Shown piece after piece: positions 13,789-27,281 of a stretch of DNA of 64,000 nt (position 1 is the first letter of the stretch; each line of letters begins with the position of its first letter). The notes beneath the pieces are model-generated. The model searched no databases. It was not told the origin of the DNA and was given only the letters and a program-made list of their open reading frames with translations. Both the position numbers and the translations under genes were made by a program. The stretch is from Catajapyx aquilonaris (lineage: Eukaryota): contig KZ538350.1 in assembly GCA_000934665.2 (NCBI GenBank), forward strand, positions 1 to 64,000, given 5' to 3'.

Positions 13789-16700
13789 TACCTAATACAA
13801 TTTCACACAGCCTGCTTGAGTTTCACTACAGTTTCTGCGTCATATAACCTGACACCACCGCCAACTACAGCCCACGCACATTCAGGGTCAAACTCAAAAA
13901 GCACTTCATTACATTTACAAAAATGCTCAGCACTCTGCGAACAACTCAACGAGGCTTTGTATTTCCTGCGGCAGAAACAACCTAACCCTTATGTAAACAG
14001 TGCCAAAACCAGCCAAACCGAGTACGTAATGTGAACTACAGCTTGCATAACAAGTATAGTTAAAGAGGCGAATCAGCAGCGCCATGCCGCGGAGGTTTGT
14101 GTTCCGTTCCTCGCTTCGACGTTGCCCGTGTCCTTTGACCCTTGCGCCACTCTCCACTTCAATTTACCTATGACTTCCAAAACACGCTCCGGAAGTTCGA
14201 ATTAGGCACCTGGCTTGGGTCCCTCTGGTGCCTGTTACTTGGTCGCGGTCTAGTCTGTCATTGCCGCAGGATATTTGATGCCTCTCGTTATGCTGTTAGT
14301 GGTGAGGACTGACGTCAAATGCGTTTAATTTTATCCTGTCGCAAAGGATCCAAAATTTGCATCTAATCACGTGCTGTACGCAAAATTAAAATGTGTCAAG
14401 GGGCTCCCTTGGCAGTGTATGAGGCTGAAAAATGTGATGAAATGCACTATGGATTTGTTTAAAGCAGAAGTTGCATTTTATAAATAATAAGTACCCACAG
14501 TGGTGGGTGTAACGAATTCGACTGACATCACAAATTACTGAGTTACATTGTTGATAGACAATGGCTCAATTATGACGACAGTATTGTGACACACCAGTAT
14601 CTAAATTAGTGAGAAGTAGGCAGTTTTGCCAAGAGATGGCGGGATGCGGAGTTGTCAGGTGGCGGACCTGATTAGTCGTGAAACAGCCGGAGACGAAAGT
14701 AGTCAAATAAATAGGTTTTTGGGAGATTGTGCATTATTTGAACACGACCACTACCCTGAGTGACTGCGGGATCAAGAGAGGCAGGTCAGACCTCATCGCA
14801 GGACTACTATTATAAGGTTGAATAATTATAGGTTTTTGCCAAACATATCCTGGTGTTATACAACTATCAGCAGTATCAAGGTTAGGTTATCATTTTTTTC
14901 ATGACCTTCACCTGGCTAGTGATGATGGTTATACAGTCCCAGAATACGTTTGGCCAAAACTTTTTAACAATAGTGTAGAGGCTATATTGTGAAGCACCAC
15001 AATGCACTTGAAATGGCTTCTTCAGACTCCCCCACATAACTCAAAAGTCAGAAATGGCTGCCAACTTTTTGTACGTCCCTCTACTTATTCCGCACACTAA
15101 AGGACCTATCAATAAATTCTAAGCCTTATGAACGCATAAGAATTGCATCCGACCATCAAAGGTCGTCGGGTCATGAAAATACGTTTTTGCAATCTATCTT
15201 TGGCAACATCGATCCCAGAATTTTGCTGACCTGGCCTCTCCCAGCCAGCTTACGAGTCTCAGCAGAAATAAGCACCGTGACAGCAATATAACCGAAAAGG
15301 GTAAATAAGTGGCGCGTAAACTTTCCCAAGATACGTAATAATTTGTAGCAAGAACATCTGCAAGCCTGAAGGGATGGGTAAGAGTAGAATCCGTACAGAA
15401 ACACAGACAAGTCCTTCATAACGAGCCCATAAAGAGGCTCGGGCAACGGTGCCGGTCGTGTAGTTGAAAACCGTGATGTGCAGACACACTTATGACTTAT
15501 GTAGCAACTTCTCCCCCGTCGGCTGCTTGCGTAGTTAGACCCGAAAAGGCAAGCCTATTAATCTCAATTGCAAATTCATAGTCCTTGCTCCAAGCGCGTT
15601 TCTCCCATTAATTACGCCCCGTTTGTGGCTAGCCAACCTTCTTTCCTAGAGCCAAAGTTCACCCTGTGCTGGGTCAAAACATACCCCATGTTTGGCCAAC
15701 ATTTACCTGGTATACATCGCCTCTTCTTCGGCTTCTTTGTTTGGTCCCTGAGCAGGTTAAAGGAATGAATTTATGAGACGGCGAGGGGGTATAATTCGCG
15801 TCTAAATCAAACAAACTTATGACGACTATTTGTTCGGGCCGTAACAGGGGTATGCTGAGAAGTTTTGCTGCACTAAACATCTCTCGTTTCGTTTACTCGG
15901 CGTTGTGTAAATATATGTGCAGAACAAAGGGACAGGTCAAACAAGGAATTCAATCAAGAGTCGTCATTCTTCATGAGAACGTACAATCAACCGAATCCTG
16001 AGACTGCAGTAATAATTTATTGGCAATAAAATTACTTATGTTATAAGGTTCGACAGTGGAAATTGAATATATTGTTGCCATTGTGATATCAGTATCCAAG
16101 TCCATATGCTTTTATTATATAGAGCACGATATGTGTGCATAACACCGCAAAAAATGCATCAGCTATTGGAACCACCAGGTATTGCTCCACCGAGAATATA
16201 AAATCACATTTGGACGATTGGATTTTTAAAGCAAATTATGGCAGTAACTCATTCAATTTTCGTGCATAGAACGATGCCACAGAGTGCAATGCTTTAAAGG
16301 CTATTTTCGCCCCCCAATTTTGACAAACACATGTTTCCATGGTCTCTGAGAAAATCTGCAGGTTTATACACCCGTCACGTTGTATGAAGTGGAACCCTCT
16401 TGACTAAGGCTGTACTTACAGAGTCCACGTACTGCCTTCAAGATCTCTCAGAAAGTAAAGAGCAACCTGAGAGAAGGCTGGAAAGAATATCTCGTTTAAT
16501 CTCTTGAACTCCTACACTGCACCCAGTTGTTGTCGAGTTTAGTCTGCCAGATTAAAGGGATTATTATCTCCTCCCTCCCCCCCCCCTCTGCAAAGCAGGC
16601 AATTGCGCAAGGCCATCAAGAAAGCACATGACCGTTATAAGCGACTTGTTTATTTTCATTTATTTTCATTTAATTTTTTATCTATATTATTAAAAGCCGG

Positions 16701-16794
16701 CTGTCGTGGAAACTCCTCCCGCACCGTACAGTCTACAATTTGAGAGTGGTGTTCAAAATTTGCCCCCGTTTTCTATATTTTCAAAGCACTTTTA

Positions 16795-17007
16795 TTTTCT
16801 GGAAACGGTGCCGAGGGACTTCGTAAAACTTTTAAAAAACGCACACAAAAAAAACCGACCGCGTGCGTTCCACGGAATTCCCATTTCCGCCGTTCCGGGC
16901 TGCAGGGCGCCACCTCCTGGCTGGCGACTCTTACTTTTGCACTTCACCGTCGGACGTCGCTCCGATGCCTAATTTTTTGCCTAATTTTGGCAAGTTGGTG
17001 CCTAGAT
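16795..17007 (+). repeat. Dispersed GC-rich repeat, copy 2 (paralogue at 5882-6125), with CTCF-like site
   Basis: Aligns by eye to 5882-6125; contains gggcgccacctcctgg (rev-comp CCAGGAGGTGGCGC). Confidence 0.75.
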
Positions 17008-17783
17008 TTATTTTCATTATTGCACTGTCAGAATCCTTCATGCTATTTTCGTACAATCCGTTCACTCAGGATATTACGCATTTACAGTTCAGTACGTGAT
17101 ATACCCGCAGGTCCAGCCTTTGCACCAACGGTAAAGACGTTAACTCAGCAAAACGATAGAAGATTGCTACGATTCCACCCTGCAGATAAAGCTCTCCTGA
17201 AACCCCCTGTATTGGGGGAACACTATCGGACGAATTCCTCATGAAAAGTAGCCTAGGTTAAGTCAGATAGACATGTTATTCCCTAAATCGCACGGTCATC
17301 GAATCTTACCAAATGGTGACTGATTCAGCTGAAAAGGGCCATCTCGCGGGTTGCTGAAAAAACTCGTTTAAGGTGGTAATGTATGAGGGAAGGTCGAATG
17401 AGGGAGAAAAGAAGTAGGGAGGGGCGGGATAGAAGAGGGGGGAATTGAGGTAGGGGGAGTGGGGGAGAAGTTGCAAGAGGCTCCACGCTGTCTGGCTCTT
17501 GCAGTCAAGCCAAGATCGACTTTTCTTTTGCTGAGAAAATGTTTCCACCGGGCGAGGTACTTCAATCTTTTCTTTCCATTCGACTGAGCGGAAGAAAATG
17601 CCTTTAGACCTCTCCCACCCAAAATAGATATCGACTTATTAACTTAGGCAGCAGCAATGTTATTGTAACCAAATTACAAGGGCCTCTAGACATTACCGGA
17701 GCCCCCTTAGGAATTTTTTTACCTGCTGACAGTTGGTCCAAAACAATGTCCATATGTGACATCAGTAAGGAACATTGATGGTA

Positions 17784-18197
17784 CAGTGTTGGACATTCAT
17801 CGCGTCCAGCACCCGGACACTTCCCCTACAATCTTATCTTATCGCCTGCCGGGGTGTTTTGCATGAGGTGCTCACCTGAGCGCGCCATGAGACCTTTCAC
17901 TGCTGTATTATGTGGCGAGCCCACCGGACTACGCTGAACTTTACAGGTACAAAAGGGAAGGGCTACATTTGGGGACCCAACATGGTCGCCGGCGGCCATG
18001 TTGGCCCGTATGTAGCGGCTTCTCTTCTGCCTTAGTTCAGCGTAGTCCGGTAGGGTCGCCACATAATACAGCCGTGAAAAGCTGTCTCATGGCGCTCTCA
18101 AGTGAGCACCTCATGCAAAACGCCCCGGCAGGCGATAAGAGGGAGTGTCTAGACCTTAGTATTCTAAGACCATGACCTCGATTAGTGACCAACACTG
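17784..18197. mobile_element. MITE family A' (family-A TIRs, unrelated ~340-bp palindromic interior)
   Basis: Left TA|CAGTGTTGGACATTCATCGCGTC; right GACCTCGATTAGTGACCAACACTG; interior arms ttatcgcctgccggggtgttttgcatgaggtgctcac / gtgagcacctcatgcaaaacgccccggcaggcgataa. Confidence 0.75.
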
Positions 18198-18199
18198 TT

Positions 18200-18409
18200 A
18201 GTGCTGGACATTAATTTCGTCATACTGCTTGCGACATTTTCTGATGCGGCAGATAGAGTGTGAGCCGTGCGAGTAAGAAGAGGTAGGCCTTGAGTGACGT
18301 CACCGGACGTCACCCAAGGGCTACAATTTCTAACTCGCCCGGCCCCACACGTCGTCAGCCGCATCGGGACATGTCGCTACCAGTATGACGGAATTAATGT
18401 CCAGCACTG
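18200..18409. mobile_element. MITE family A copy 4, abutting A'
   Basis: AGTGCTGGACATTAATTTCGTCATACTGC...TATGACGGAATTAATGTCCAGCACTG|TA. Confidence 0.85.
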
Positions 18410-21400
18410 TAGATGGCGGGAGTGTCTGGAGGCGGACCAGTGCTGTACAAGCAGTCGTGAGACAGCCTCGATGGAGGCTATCTTCTGCTGAATGGCCAGT
18501 AGCCTATAGTTCAGACTGTTGTGTGTAATAGACCTAAAACAACTAGGTATAGGTGGGTGTGGTCCGCTTGCGTACACTGGGCATCAAGTAGTGAAGAAAA
18601 CGCGAAAATTGGTGGGGATGCTGCAGCAGGCTTTTCCATTTATCTCCTGTTCCCCCCTCGCCCCTTCGTCCCTTGTGATGGGGGTTTCCATGGTAACCTG
18701 AATTATTGCGAGGGGGAAGGGGGCGTGAGTTTTTTTTCTCTCTCTGGTTTTTATGTTAGGGGGCGAGAGTAGAGTATAGCGGGGGAGCTGGCCCCGGATG
18801 ATGAGGCGCGCCAAACCTTTCCCGCCCGGAATTTCCGGACACCAATTTCAGATTCTGCCACCTCCTTCATTTCCCTTACAAATCCCCGCTGTTTCGCAAG
18901 TTGCGCCTTGATCTTTCGGCCCCCAAAAATTCATATGGGATCCGTGTCATGTTGATATGGGACCTCCTTTTCCCCAGCCGGGAAACAGCACCAGAATAGG
19001 GTCGCTGGCTTGATCACTAAGCAGATTGTGTCGGCTCCCAAAACTTGGTAAAAGGCAAAAATCATTTATGTATGAGCTTAACGAATTTTCGCGCCCAAAT
19101 AGGCCTTCCGCACTGTGCACTGGCACTCGACGCCATTTTAGATCAATTCAGTTGTATATGCCAGAAGCAGCCAGAAGCAGGGGACAATTTAAAATTGTTT
19201 AAAAAAATTACAAAAAATTGTATAACAATCGTAGATATGCATAGGATCCAGCATCAGCACCAGAAAAAAAAATCAGATGGTGAAATATAGGAGGATTGCG
19301 AAATGCAAAAAGTTCTTCCTCTTTTTTTCCTTACCATTCACGACTTAGATATATATAAATGTCCTAGCATGCATTTCTCTCGCTCGATCCCCACTTGGCG
19401 ATTTTATCCCCAGAACCCATCTCTTTTCTTCCTTTTCTTTTCCTTTTCCTTCCTCCCCTTGGGCTTACACACAGGTTCTCGCCATCCGGACCCACATTTT
19501 TCCCCGTCATACGATTATCGCTCTTTGGGACTCGGAAAATCTGTCGCCAGCCTGCGTACTCCGACTCAAATTTAAATCGATTTTATCGTCAGGTGTCCTT
19601 ATGTAACTTTTAGTACCTTCCAAAAATGGCGAGGACACTTTTTTTCCCCTGATCGTCTGTTATTATTTTGACATCTCCACATTTTTCACTTGAAACAAAT
19701 ATTTGGGCATGAGGGCTTAACAATTTTGTCACTGTCATGCAAATTTATAGCCAGTGCTTATCCCCCACTAGAAACTAGCATGGCTCTTGTCACGCATAAA
19801 TGCAAAAGAAGTATTCCCATGCAACTCATTCCTTTTTTTTTCCTCTTCTCTTGAACAGTAGAAGAATCGACCTCCGTATCCACAGCACTTCTGGTTTGAA
19901 TCTCAAAAGAAACACTGCAAAAGGCACCCCCCCAAAAAAATGGAAGTTGAGAAGGGAGGTAGAAATCTCATCCCAAACTACATTTGAGAGTGAGAAGAAA
20001 AGAAGGCGCGAGATTATTCAGAGGGAAAGCCATTTCGCTGGGCTTCCAGCTTATCTTCCCCGAGAGATGGCGCGCCCATTAGTTTCCCATGATGCCTATC
20101 GCCAGAGAAAAACAGATGACGCCCGTCACCCTCCAACCCCCCCTCTCTCCAAAAAGTCCATATCCCACCCCCCATGGACTTGATTTATGCTTTCCGACCA
20201 TTGGCGCCAAGCAGTCTCGCCTTTTTCCAGCACAAAAATCCGACCGTAGATCAATACAAAATTCATTTGTTTTTCTCCTAAATAATTCCGCGCACGAAAG
20301 GACGCAAAATTTCGATACCCCCCCCCCCCCATCAGCAATATTTCACCAGAATTGCAAAAATAGCGCGTTTTCCTGCGCATACGAAGTGATGCTGGTCCGA
20401 ATGTAACGTCACATCGACCTCTTTTTTTTGACAAAAAATATCAGCATATTGAGAAAATAACTAATATTGTGTGTAGTTAGTCTAAATAAATTTGACAATA
20501 CATTTTGTAAGCTATGAACTAATAATTATATCATAGCTTACAAAATATATTGTGGTCCTTGTTTCAGGTCGGTTGATTGGAGTGAATGGGGTCCTAGCCT
20601 ACATTTTGAACACATGTAAAAAAAAAATCGTCCTTATTTTTAAATGAATTTTGGTGTTTTTGTTTGATGAGATAAATATTAGTTGTCGAGCTATGATCAA
20701 TCTAACATTATATACGGTATCGTATTGCCCTCTGACGTCACTGTTGTCCAAATATCAACAAAAGATCGGTGCAGAGGCAGGAATACACCCGGGCTGCTTT
20801 GCTCATTTGCTTTTTTTGTCTAACAACGGAATCGAACGACCGCCAGTAAAGCCGAATCGAACGACAGCGAGACAACGGCCGGCTGACGTCACTGTTGTCC
20901 GAGGCCACGCCCCCATTTTTCTCGCCAATTTTTGAGTGACTTTTAAAGCCCCCGATAATTTATCGAGGAATGACATTTTGGTCCCGATAAGTGGTGGAAT
21001 GCATGTTTATCTATATGGCTGAGCTATTCGTGTACAAATTACCTAAATCCCAGGCTTAAGCTTAGGACTCCATTCAAAATATGAGCTTCCTAATTAGCTA
21101 AGACGGTGTTACCACAGCGTTACGTAACATCAGCAATTCCCTAGCGCCCCCAAACTTTCAATTTTTTTTTCCTCGTGCAACTCAAAATAGGCAACGTGTA
21201 ATTTAAACATTACCTTAAAATCCCTGCCATAACGGAGCGCTCCTAATGCCAAATTTAAAGAAAAAAGGACCGCTTTCAAATGAGTAAGAGGAAATGGCAG
21301 AGTCTTATAAGATTCACGCGTGACTTTGCCACTTAAGCTATCACGATAAGAACTCACATTAGGTGTGAGGCCTCTGGGAAACGAAAAGGACGAGGAAAAG

Positions 21401-22541
21401 GGAAAAGAAACCCCCTTCCCTTCCCTTCCCTATCCCTTCCCTGAAATTACGTCAGGGCCGAGATGAATTATGGGTCTAATTTGCAGGGCGGTGCCAATAA
21501 GAGAAGGCTTTTTCCACAGCCAGCGGGCTCCACTTATCAACTTTTACAGGGGAAAACATGAGCTCCAGTTTCACTCCCCTGCTGCCTCCGGAGGAAGCCT
21601 GAGGGAAAGGGAGGTTATTATGCCTGTCTTAAAGGCCTTTAAGGTGAAGGCATTCTGTTTTAATCAGGCCAGATTTGTGTGGATTGTTTCATAAAGCGAT
21701 AAGTTATGCTGCAGAACAAGGTAAATTAGACAACTTGAGGGGATCTTGTCCGCAACTTTTTTTGGGGAGGGGTGTCCGGGATAATACATTGTAAGCAGTG
21801 AAATATGCTGTATGACAACTGTGGTGTCAGATGCGAGGCTACCTCAAAACCGTGTTACAGTGTTAGTCGTCAATTCAAGTTGAGGCCTTGTTTACAAACA
21901 CAATCAATGTCACTACTCGAAAGTGCTGTTTACATGCATCCCTAACAAAATGTCGCAAGCTATAGCCTGCTATAGCCTAAAGTGCGTTTAGGTTTCACAA
22001 TGTGACGACATGACTTGATCTAGTTTGATGAAGAATAGTGACTGGCAGTAATTATGATATACACATTCAAGTCTCAACAGTATTATTTCAAATTATCGTT
22101 AAATGTTTGAAGGGTGTAAAGAATATTTCAGTTCACAAAACTGCAGGTGTCACAGTTACAAGAAATATTTGACTACAAATTGCATTATTGTTCGATATGG
22201 GCACTTATAGCATTCAACACTTTTAACCCAAAAAACCATACCCAAAATAACGTAGAAATACGGCCAGATAAACAATTCTAAGCTACAAATGATGACAAAC
22301 ATTTGCGCACACAACATAAAATATTAAACCATAAGTCCAACTTTACATTTTCGGACCACAACAATCGACATTCTTGCCAATATGCATTATATGCATTATA
22401 CATAGACAATCAATTTTGGCTGCAAACTTTAATGACCATATTTCACACAGCTATATCTGAGCATTACTTTTTAATGCTGCACGGTTCCCTCAATTCGCTA
22501 TTTTTGTACCCACATGCTTCCGACGTTACCAATGCAGTATA

Positions 22542-22817
22542 CAGTGGGCCATCGCTATCCGCTGGTAATTAGTTCCAATCCCTCCAGCGATTAATACCGA
22601 ACCCTAAACGGTATATCATACGTTTTTAAATATCTAGGATAAGCTTAATCCAAAAATTATGCACATGAAGTCATCAACAAAAAATTAACAATAAAATAGG
22701 ATGTTTATAAGAATACAGTAGGCTACTACACTGAAGTAAAAATATAGGATAGATTGTTTATATTTAATATTTTAAATTTAGGAGATGTTTCAAACAGCAG
22801 ATAACGGGATTTTCACT
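22542..22817 (+). mobile_element. Degenerate pogo/Tigger-like non-autonomous element
   Basis: TA|CAGTGGGCCATCGCTATCCGC..AATTAGTTCC start and cagcagataacggg end resemble Tigger/MER2-type termini (recalled similarity, not searched). Confidence 0.5.
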
Positions 22818-24368
22818 TCATTTTAAATGTGTCTTCCTTTACTTTCACTCTGGGTGTCTCAAAAGTAACCCTAATGAAAGAAATACATGCATGTCACATC
22901 ATGAGAGTTAAATTACAGCCTAAATTCACATAGTGTTGCTCATATTTACTTGCAGCATTAAATCCATACTAAGCTAACTTTCTGTGCATTTTCAGACACC
23001 AATCAGGCTATCGCACACACGTATCTGCATTGGGTTGCGCAGCACAAAAGGTACGCGTCATTCCAACTGCCACACTACTCATTCACATTCGAGCAGTAGT
23101 GGCAGATTTCAGTTTCAATTCGACTGGTCATATTAAAACTGACATGATTTCGACCAGTGACATAGATAAGTACAGACTGCGTAATCGCCTGCCAACAGCG
23201 CCACAGCTGCTAAACAAAGGATGCCATGATATAACGAATCAGGTGACCTGGTCATCAGTTTGTTTTCACACATATGTGTAGCATGTACACACGCATATAA
23301 ATAGGTATATAGTTACGATTGAAAATCATAATCATGCCATGTCAGCCATAAATGCGTGATGTTCCTTACGTGACTGGGATAAGCCATGCAATCGAATGCT
23401 TATGACCCCCTCAATTTTATCCTTGCTTTTCGTAAAATGCATTACGACGTCATAAACCAAAATTGGCTTCAGTTTCAAGCAACACTGTACCATCACATAC
23501 CCAAATTAATTTATCATCCTGAAACTGAGACAACCCACTGTCCCAACAGGATACTGTCGACCACCGCAAATTTTTCATCGCCATATTACATCACCATGCA
23601 AACATCCCAACAAATCGGCCCTGATTTCCGAACACGTGGCATCCCAATTAACCGTCCCCACCTACAGTATGTACCTAATTACGCTCGCGACACAGCCCCT
23701 GCATACACTATCCATAAAAAGATTACCGTTAAAAAAAACTGCCCCATTATCAAGTCCCTTCCGTCCGCAAGATGCAGAGGGGTTTATTACATTTCCATCC
23801 TAATGAATATTAGCTTGTAGAGGTTAATCAGCGCGAGGGGGGCTAACAACAAACCATGACGTTAGGGGGGGGGGGGGGNGGCGCACACGTCCCTTTGGTT
23901 TAGGCCCAGTTTTGAGCTTCGCGGAGGCGCGTTTGCCAGATTAGCGGCAATAATGTAAATTTACGCCCCCGGCCTGATTTAGTGACGGCTTAAAACCCGC
24001 TCATTTGCACTACATGGGGGAGGGAGGGGCAAGGGATGGGTCCCCCTCCCCCTCCCCCCCCGGTTGTTGGTGGAACCAGGAGGTGCATCGGATGTCATCC
24101 GGGAAACGGGTCCGATTCTGCTGGACGGAGAAATGGAAATGGCTTTGTCAAAAACGGGTTCCTGACAGCCGATTTCGGATTATGCGACGTTTTGTGGACA
24201 TTTCCCAAATATGCAGATGGGCTGTCCGCGTTATATTTTAAACCGGATGTTTGCAAATGCCGGCCCCTGTCCCTTTCTAGCCATTCGAATCGCATCGGTC
24301 ATGGTCACAACTGTGACGTCAACAATATGAGCGGTCCTTAGCTGATTGGAACATTTGTGGCTTCTGTA

Positions 24369-24549
24369 CAGTGCGACATTTTCTGATGCGGCAAAAGTGA
24401 GAGTGTGAGCCGTGCGAGTAAGGAGAGGTAGGCCTTGATTGACGTCACCCAAGGGATACCATTTCTTACTCGCACGGCTCGGACTTCGATTTGCACGTCT
24501 GCCGCATCAGATGTCGCTAGCAGTATGACGGAATTAATGTCCAACACAG
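24369..24549. mobile_element. MITE family A copy 5 (deletion in left arm)
   Basis: TA|CAGTGCGACATTTTCTGATGCGGC...GACGGAATTAATGTCCAACACAG|TA. Confidence 0.8.
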
Positions 24550-25395
24550 TACCGCACTTCTAGTTTAAACTAACCACATCTGAACCCCTTAAACTGTCAA
24601 CTTCCTTCATATTTCCGTACATGGCCTACTCCCCAAAACCGCCTTGCAATAAAACCATCCAATAACGTTCAGGCCTCACCCAGTACCCCCCCCCCCGCAA
24701 AAAAAAGCCGAAACCACCACCCAACATGACATTTTTTGTCCGTCCAGCAACAAATTACACCAAGAAACAACTTGTAGCAACTGCTATATTAATCCCAGCT
24801 TTCGGAGGACATTACTTCTGCTTAAGACTGCTGCAGTCTAGGGAGGCAAGCAAGGGCAGGGAGGCGGAGGGAAAAGGAAGCAAGGAGGATCGATCCCAAG
24901 GAGATTACTCCAAATGTTGCCGGTGGATATAGGGAGGGGATTATTATTCCTATCAGGCGTCTTTGGAATCGATCTCCGCCTTCATGCTGCATTTCTAATT
25001 CGTGCAGGAAGGAAAGGGGGGGGGGGGGTGTTCTCTAAATGACACCAAAAACATAGTCCCCAAAATGTGGCGCAGACTTATATACCACATCCCCCAAAAA
25101 AATATTTTGGGCTTCATTTGGTACAACGTCGGGGACAGGATGGAAAAAGTAAGGAGGGTTTGAAACAAGAAAGGCCGTAAAAAGGCGCAGCAAATGGGGA
25201 AATATGAGGGAAAGGAAGGCAATAGGGAGGAAATGGCGGAGAAAATGAGAAGGCCGGATAGGAAGGAAGTTTAGGGGGTGGAGGAAGGCTGGGGTAGTAG
25301 GAGACAGGGTGGGAGAATAGGAGACGACGAAATAAGGGGGGATAAAAGGGAAGGCAAGTGGTCAGGGATGTCCAGTGGTCACGCCCCACATTGTA

Positions 25396-25622
25396 CAGTG
25401 CTGGACATTAATTCCGCCATACTGCTAGCGACATTTTCTGATGCGGCAGACGTGCTAATCGAAGTGCGAGCCGTGCGAGTAAGAAATGGTAGCCCTTGGG
25501 TGACGTCACTGGCTGGGGACAAGCCTTTTCTCCATTGCCTCCCAGCCGGTGAAGTCACTCAAGGCCTACCTCTTCTTACTCGCACGGCTCACACCCATCT
25601 GCCGCATCAGAAAATGTCGCAA
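25396..25622. mobile_element. MITE family A copy 6 (right TIR missing)
   Basis: TA|CAGTGCTGGACATTAATTCCGCCATACTGCTAGCGAC...GCCGCATCAGAAAATGTCGC. Confidence 0.8.
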
Positions 25623-26161
25623 GCTCACACGGATTCCACATCAGTTTTTGTTTTAAATGTGTGAACACCCTGTAGTTCTATCCTTGCCATATAACTCATC
25701 CACGTGCTAGGTGATACGATACCAAAATGAATGTTCCACACGGTGTACATTAATGCTGGAAGGTCACGCTAATATATGAGCACTCCATCAACTATTGGCA
25801 TTTAAGCTGGCTTATGTAATCACGAGGCATTTCGGCGTGGGAATTATAGGGTGCATCCCACGCTTTTAAGATATGAATTATGTGTCCCAGTTGATAAATA
25901 CGCGTATTAGGCACTAATCTAATCCCGCAAAGAACAGGAAATAATCACTCACCCACTTGACGGCTATAGGCCAAAATAATACACTACGGAAGGAACTGTA
26001 GGGAAACTCAAATTACGGCCTACAGAGTACAGTAATTATTACACTGACTTTATTTTCACCTCTTACAGTGTGCATTTCATTAATCATAAGAGCAGATATA
26101 TCATCTAGTGGCATATGTCACACTTGAACTTCGCATGAGCCAGGGAATATTGCAGCATGTA

Positions 26162-26438
26162 CAGTGTTGGACATTAATCGCGTCATACTGCTAGAGACAT
26201 TTTCTGTTGCGGCAGAAGTGCAAATCGAAGTGATAGAGCGTGAGTCGTCCGCGAGTAAGAAGAGGTAGGCCTTTGCAGACGTCACCGGCTGGGGGGCATT
26301 GGAGAAAAGGCTAGTCCCCAGCCAGTGACATCACCCAAGGGCTACCATTTCCTACACGCACGGCTCGCACTTCCATTTGCACTTGTGCCGCAACGGAAAA
26401 TGTCGCTAGCAGTATGGCGGAATTAATGACCAGCGCTG
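26162..26438. mobile_element. MITE family A copy 7 (near full length, ~277 bp)
   Basis: TA|CAGTGTTGGACATTAATCGCGTC...GGCGGAATTAATGACCAGCGCTG|TA. Confidence 0.85.
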
Positions 26439-27184
26439 TACCAAGTGGTGGTATGATATGAGATTCACGTCACTGCATGAAGTTCTGTACTTTGGCGACA
26501 GGGTTTGGGAATTACCTCGCGGAATTCATCTCATTTCTGCCAAAATTAGGAAATGCCAGGTCTAATGCCGTCTCGGGACATAATAGCTAAATTATTTGAC
26601 AAAAATAAAGGCTACACGAATGCGTTGAAATTCCCAAACACTGCTCATAATTACATATAGGACTTAATGGAACTATTTTAAGTCTTGACTCCGTTAAATT
26701 ACAGTCGCATGCTTGCCGTCGGCGTGGAATTTAGAGTAGTTCCCATTACTGTATTATCTTCCGCTGATTCCCAAGACGTTAATCCCTCAAGAGTACGCGA
26801 GGATCACTCGACAGTGCAGTGTTTACATCAACCCACCTAGGATTGCTAGGAAATTAATCCCACTGAGAGGAGTTCAGAACCTAATCAACTACAAAAGTCA
26901 GCGTCTGCTCATTTTGAACCAAAATGTCATTGGTATTATTACTCTTATTCTTAAAATAGTTGGGATTTGAACGGCTGTTTCATTATTTGAGTCGCGCTTG
27001 TGCCTCAAAAGGAGTAATCGCTTTATGCAGATTGTGGAGAAAAGGCAGAACGTTGAGCATTGCCATTTTAGCACAACTGAAATTCACCAGGAGTTGCAAT
27101 ATCATTCTCAAGAATATTTCACCTAATACTGTCAATGATGTTTGTTTGCATGTCCGCTGGAAATTATCTCTCTCCCCAGTGGAT

Positions 27185-27281
27185 GCGCCACCTCTCTGAC
27201 TACATCCCTGCTTAGCTCCCCTCCATACACACCTTCCACCACATTCCGCTAGAAGGTGCTTCACACGCTGCCAGGTGGCGC
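27185..27281. promoter_or_regulatory. Divergent pair of CTCF-like core motifs (candidate insulator)
   Basis: GCGCCACCT at 27185-27193 and AGGTGGCGC at 27273-27281; the intervening sequence is not palindromic. Confidence 0.35.

Noticed and set aside
20583..21076. Possible TIR element with internal direct repeats CTGACGTCACTGTTGTCC (20732, 20883)
   Set aside because: Only a 14-bp imperfect IR and no TSD; probably a TE remnant, but boundaries cannot be supported.
27124..27145. miR-8/200-like seed TAATACTGTCA (similar seed at 38302)
   Set aside because: Match limited to ~11 nt and no precursor hairpin seen.
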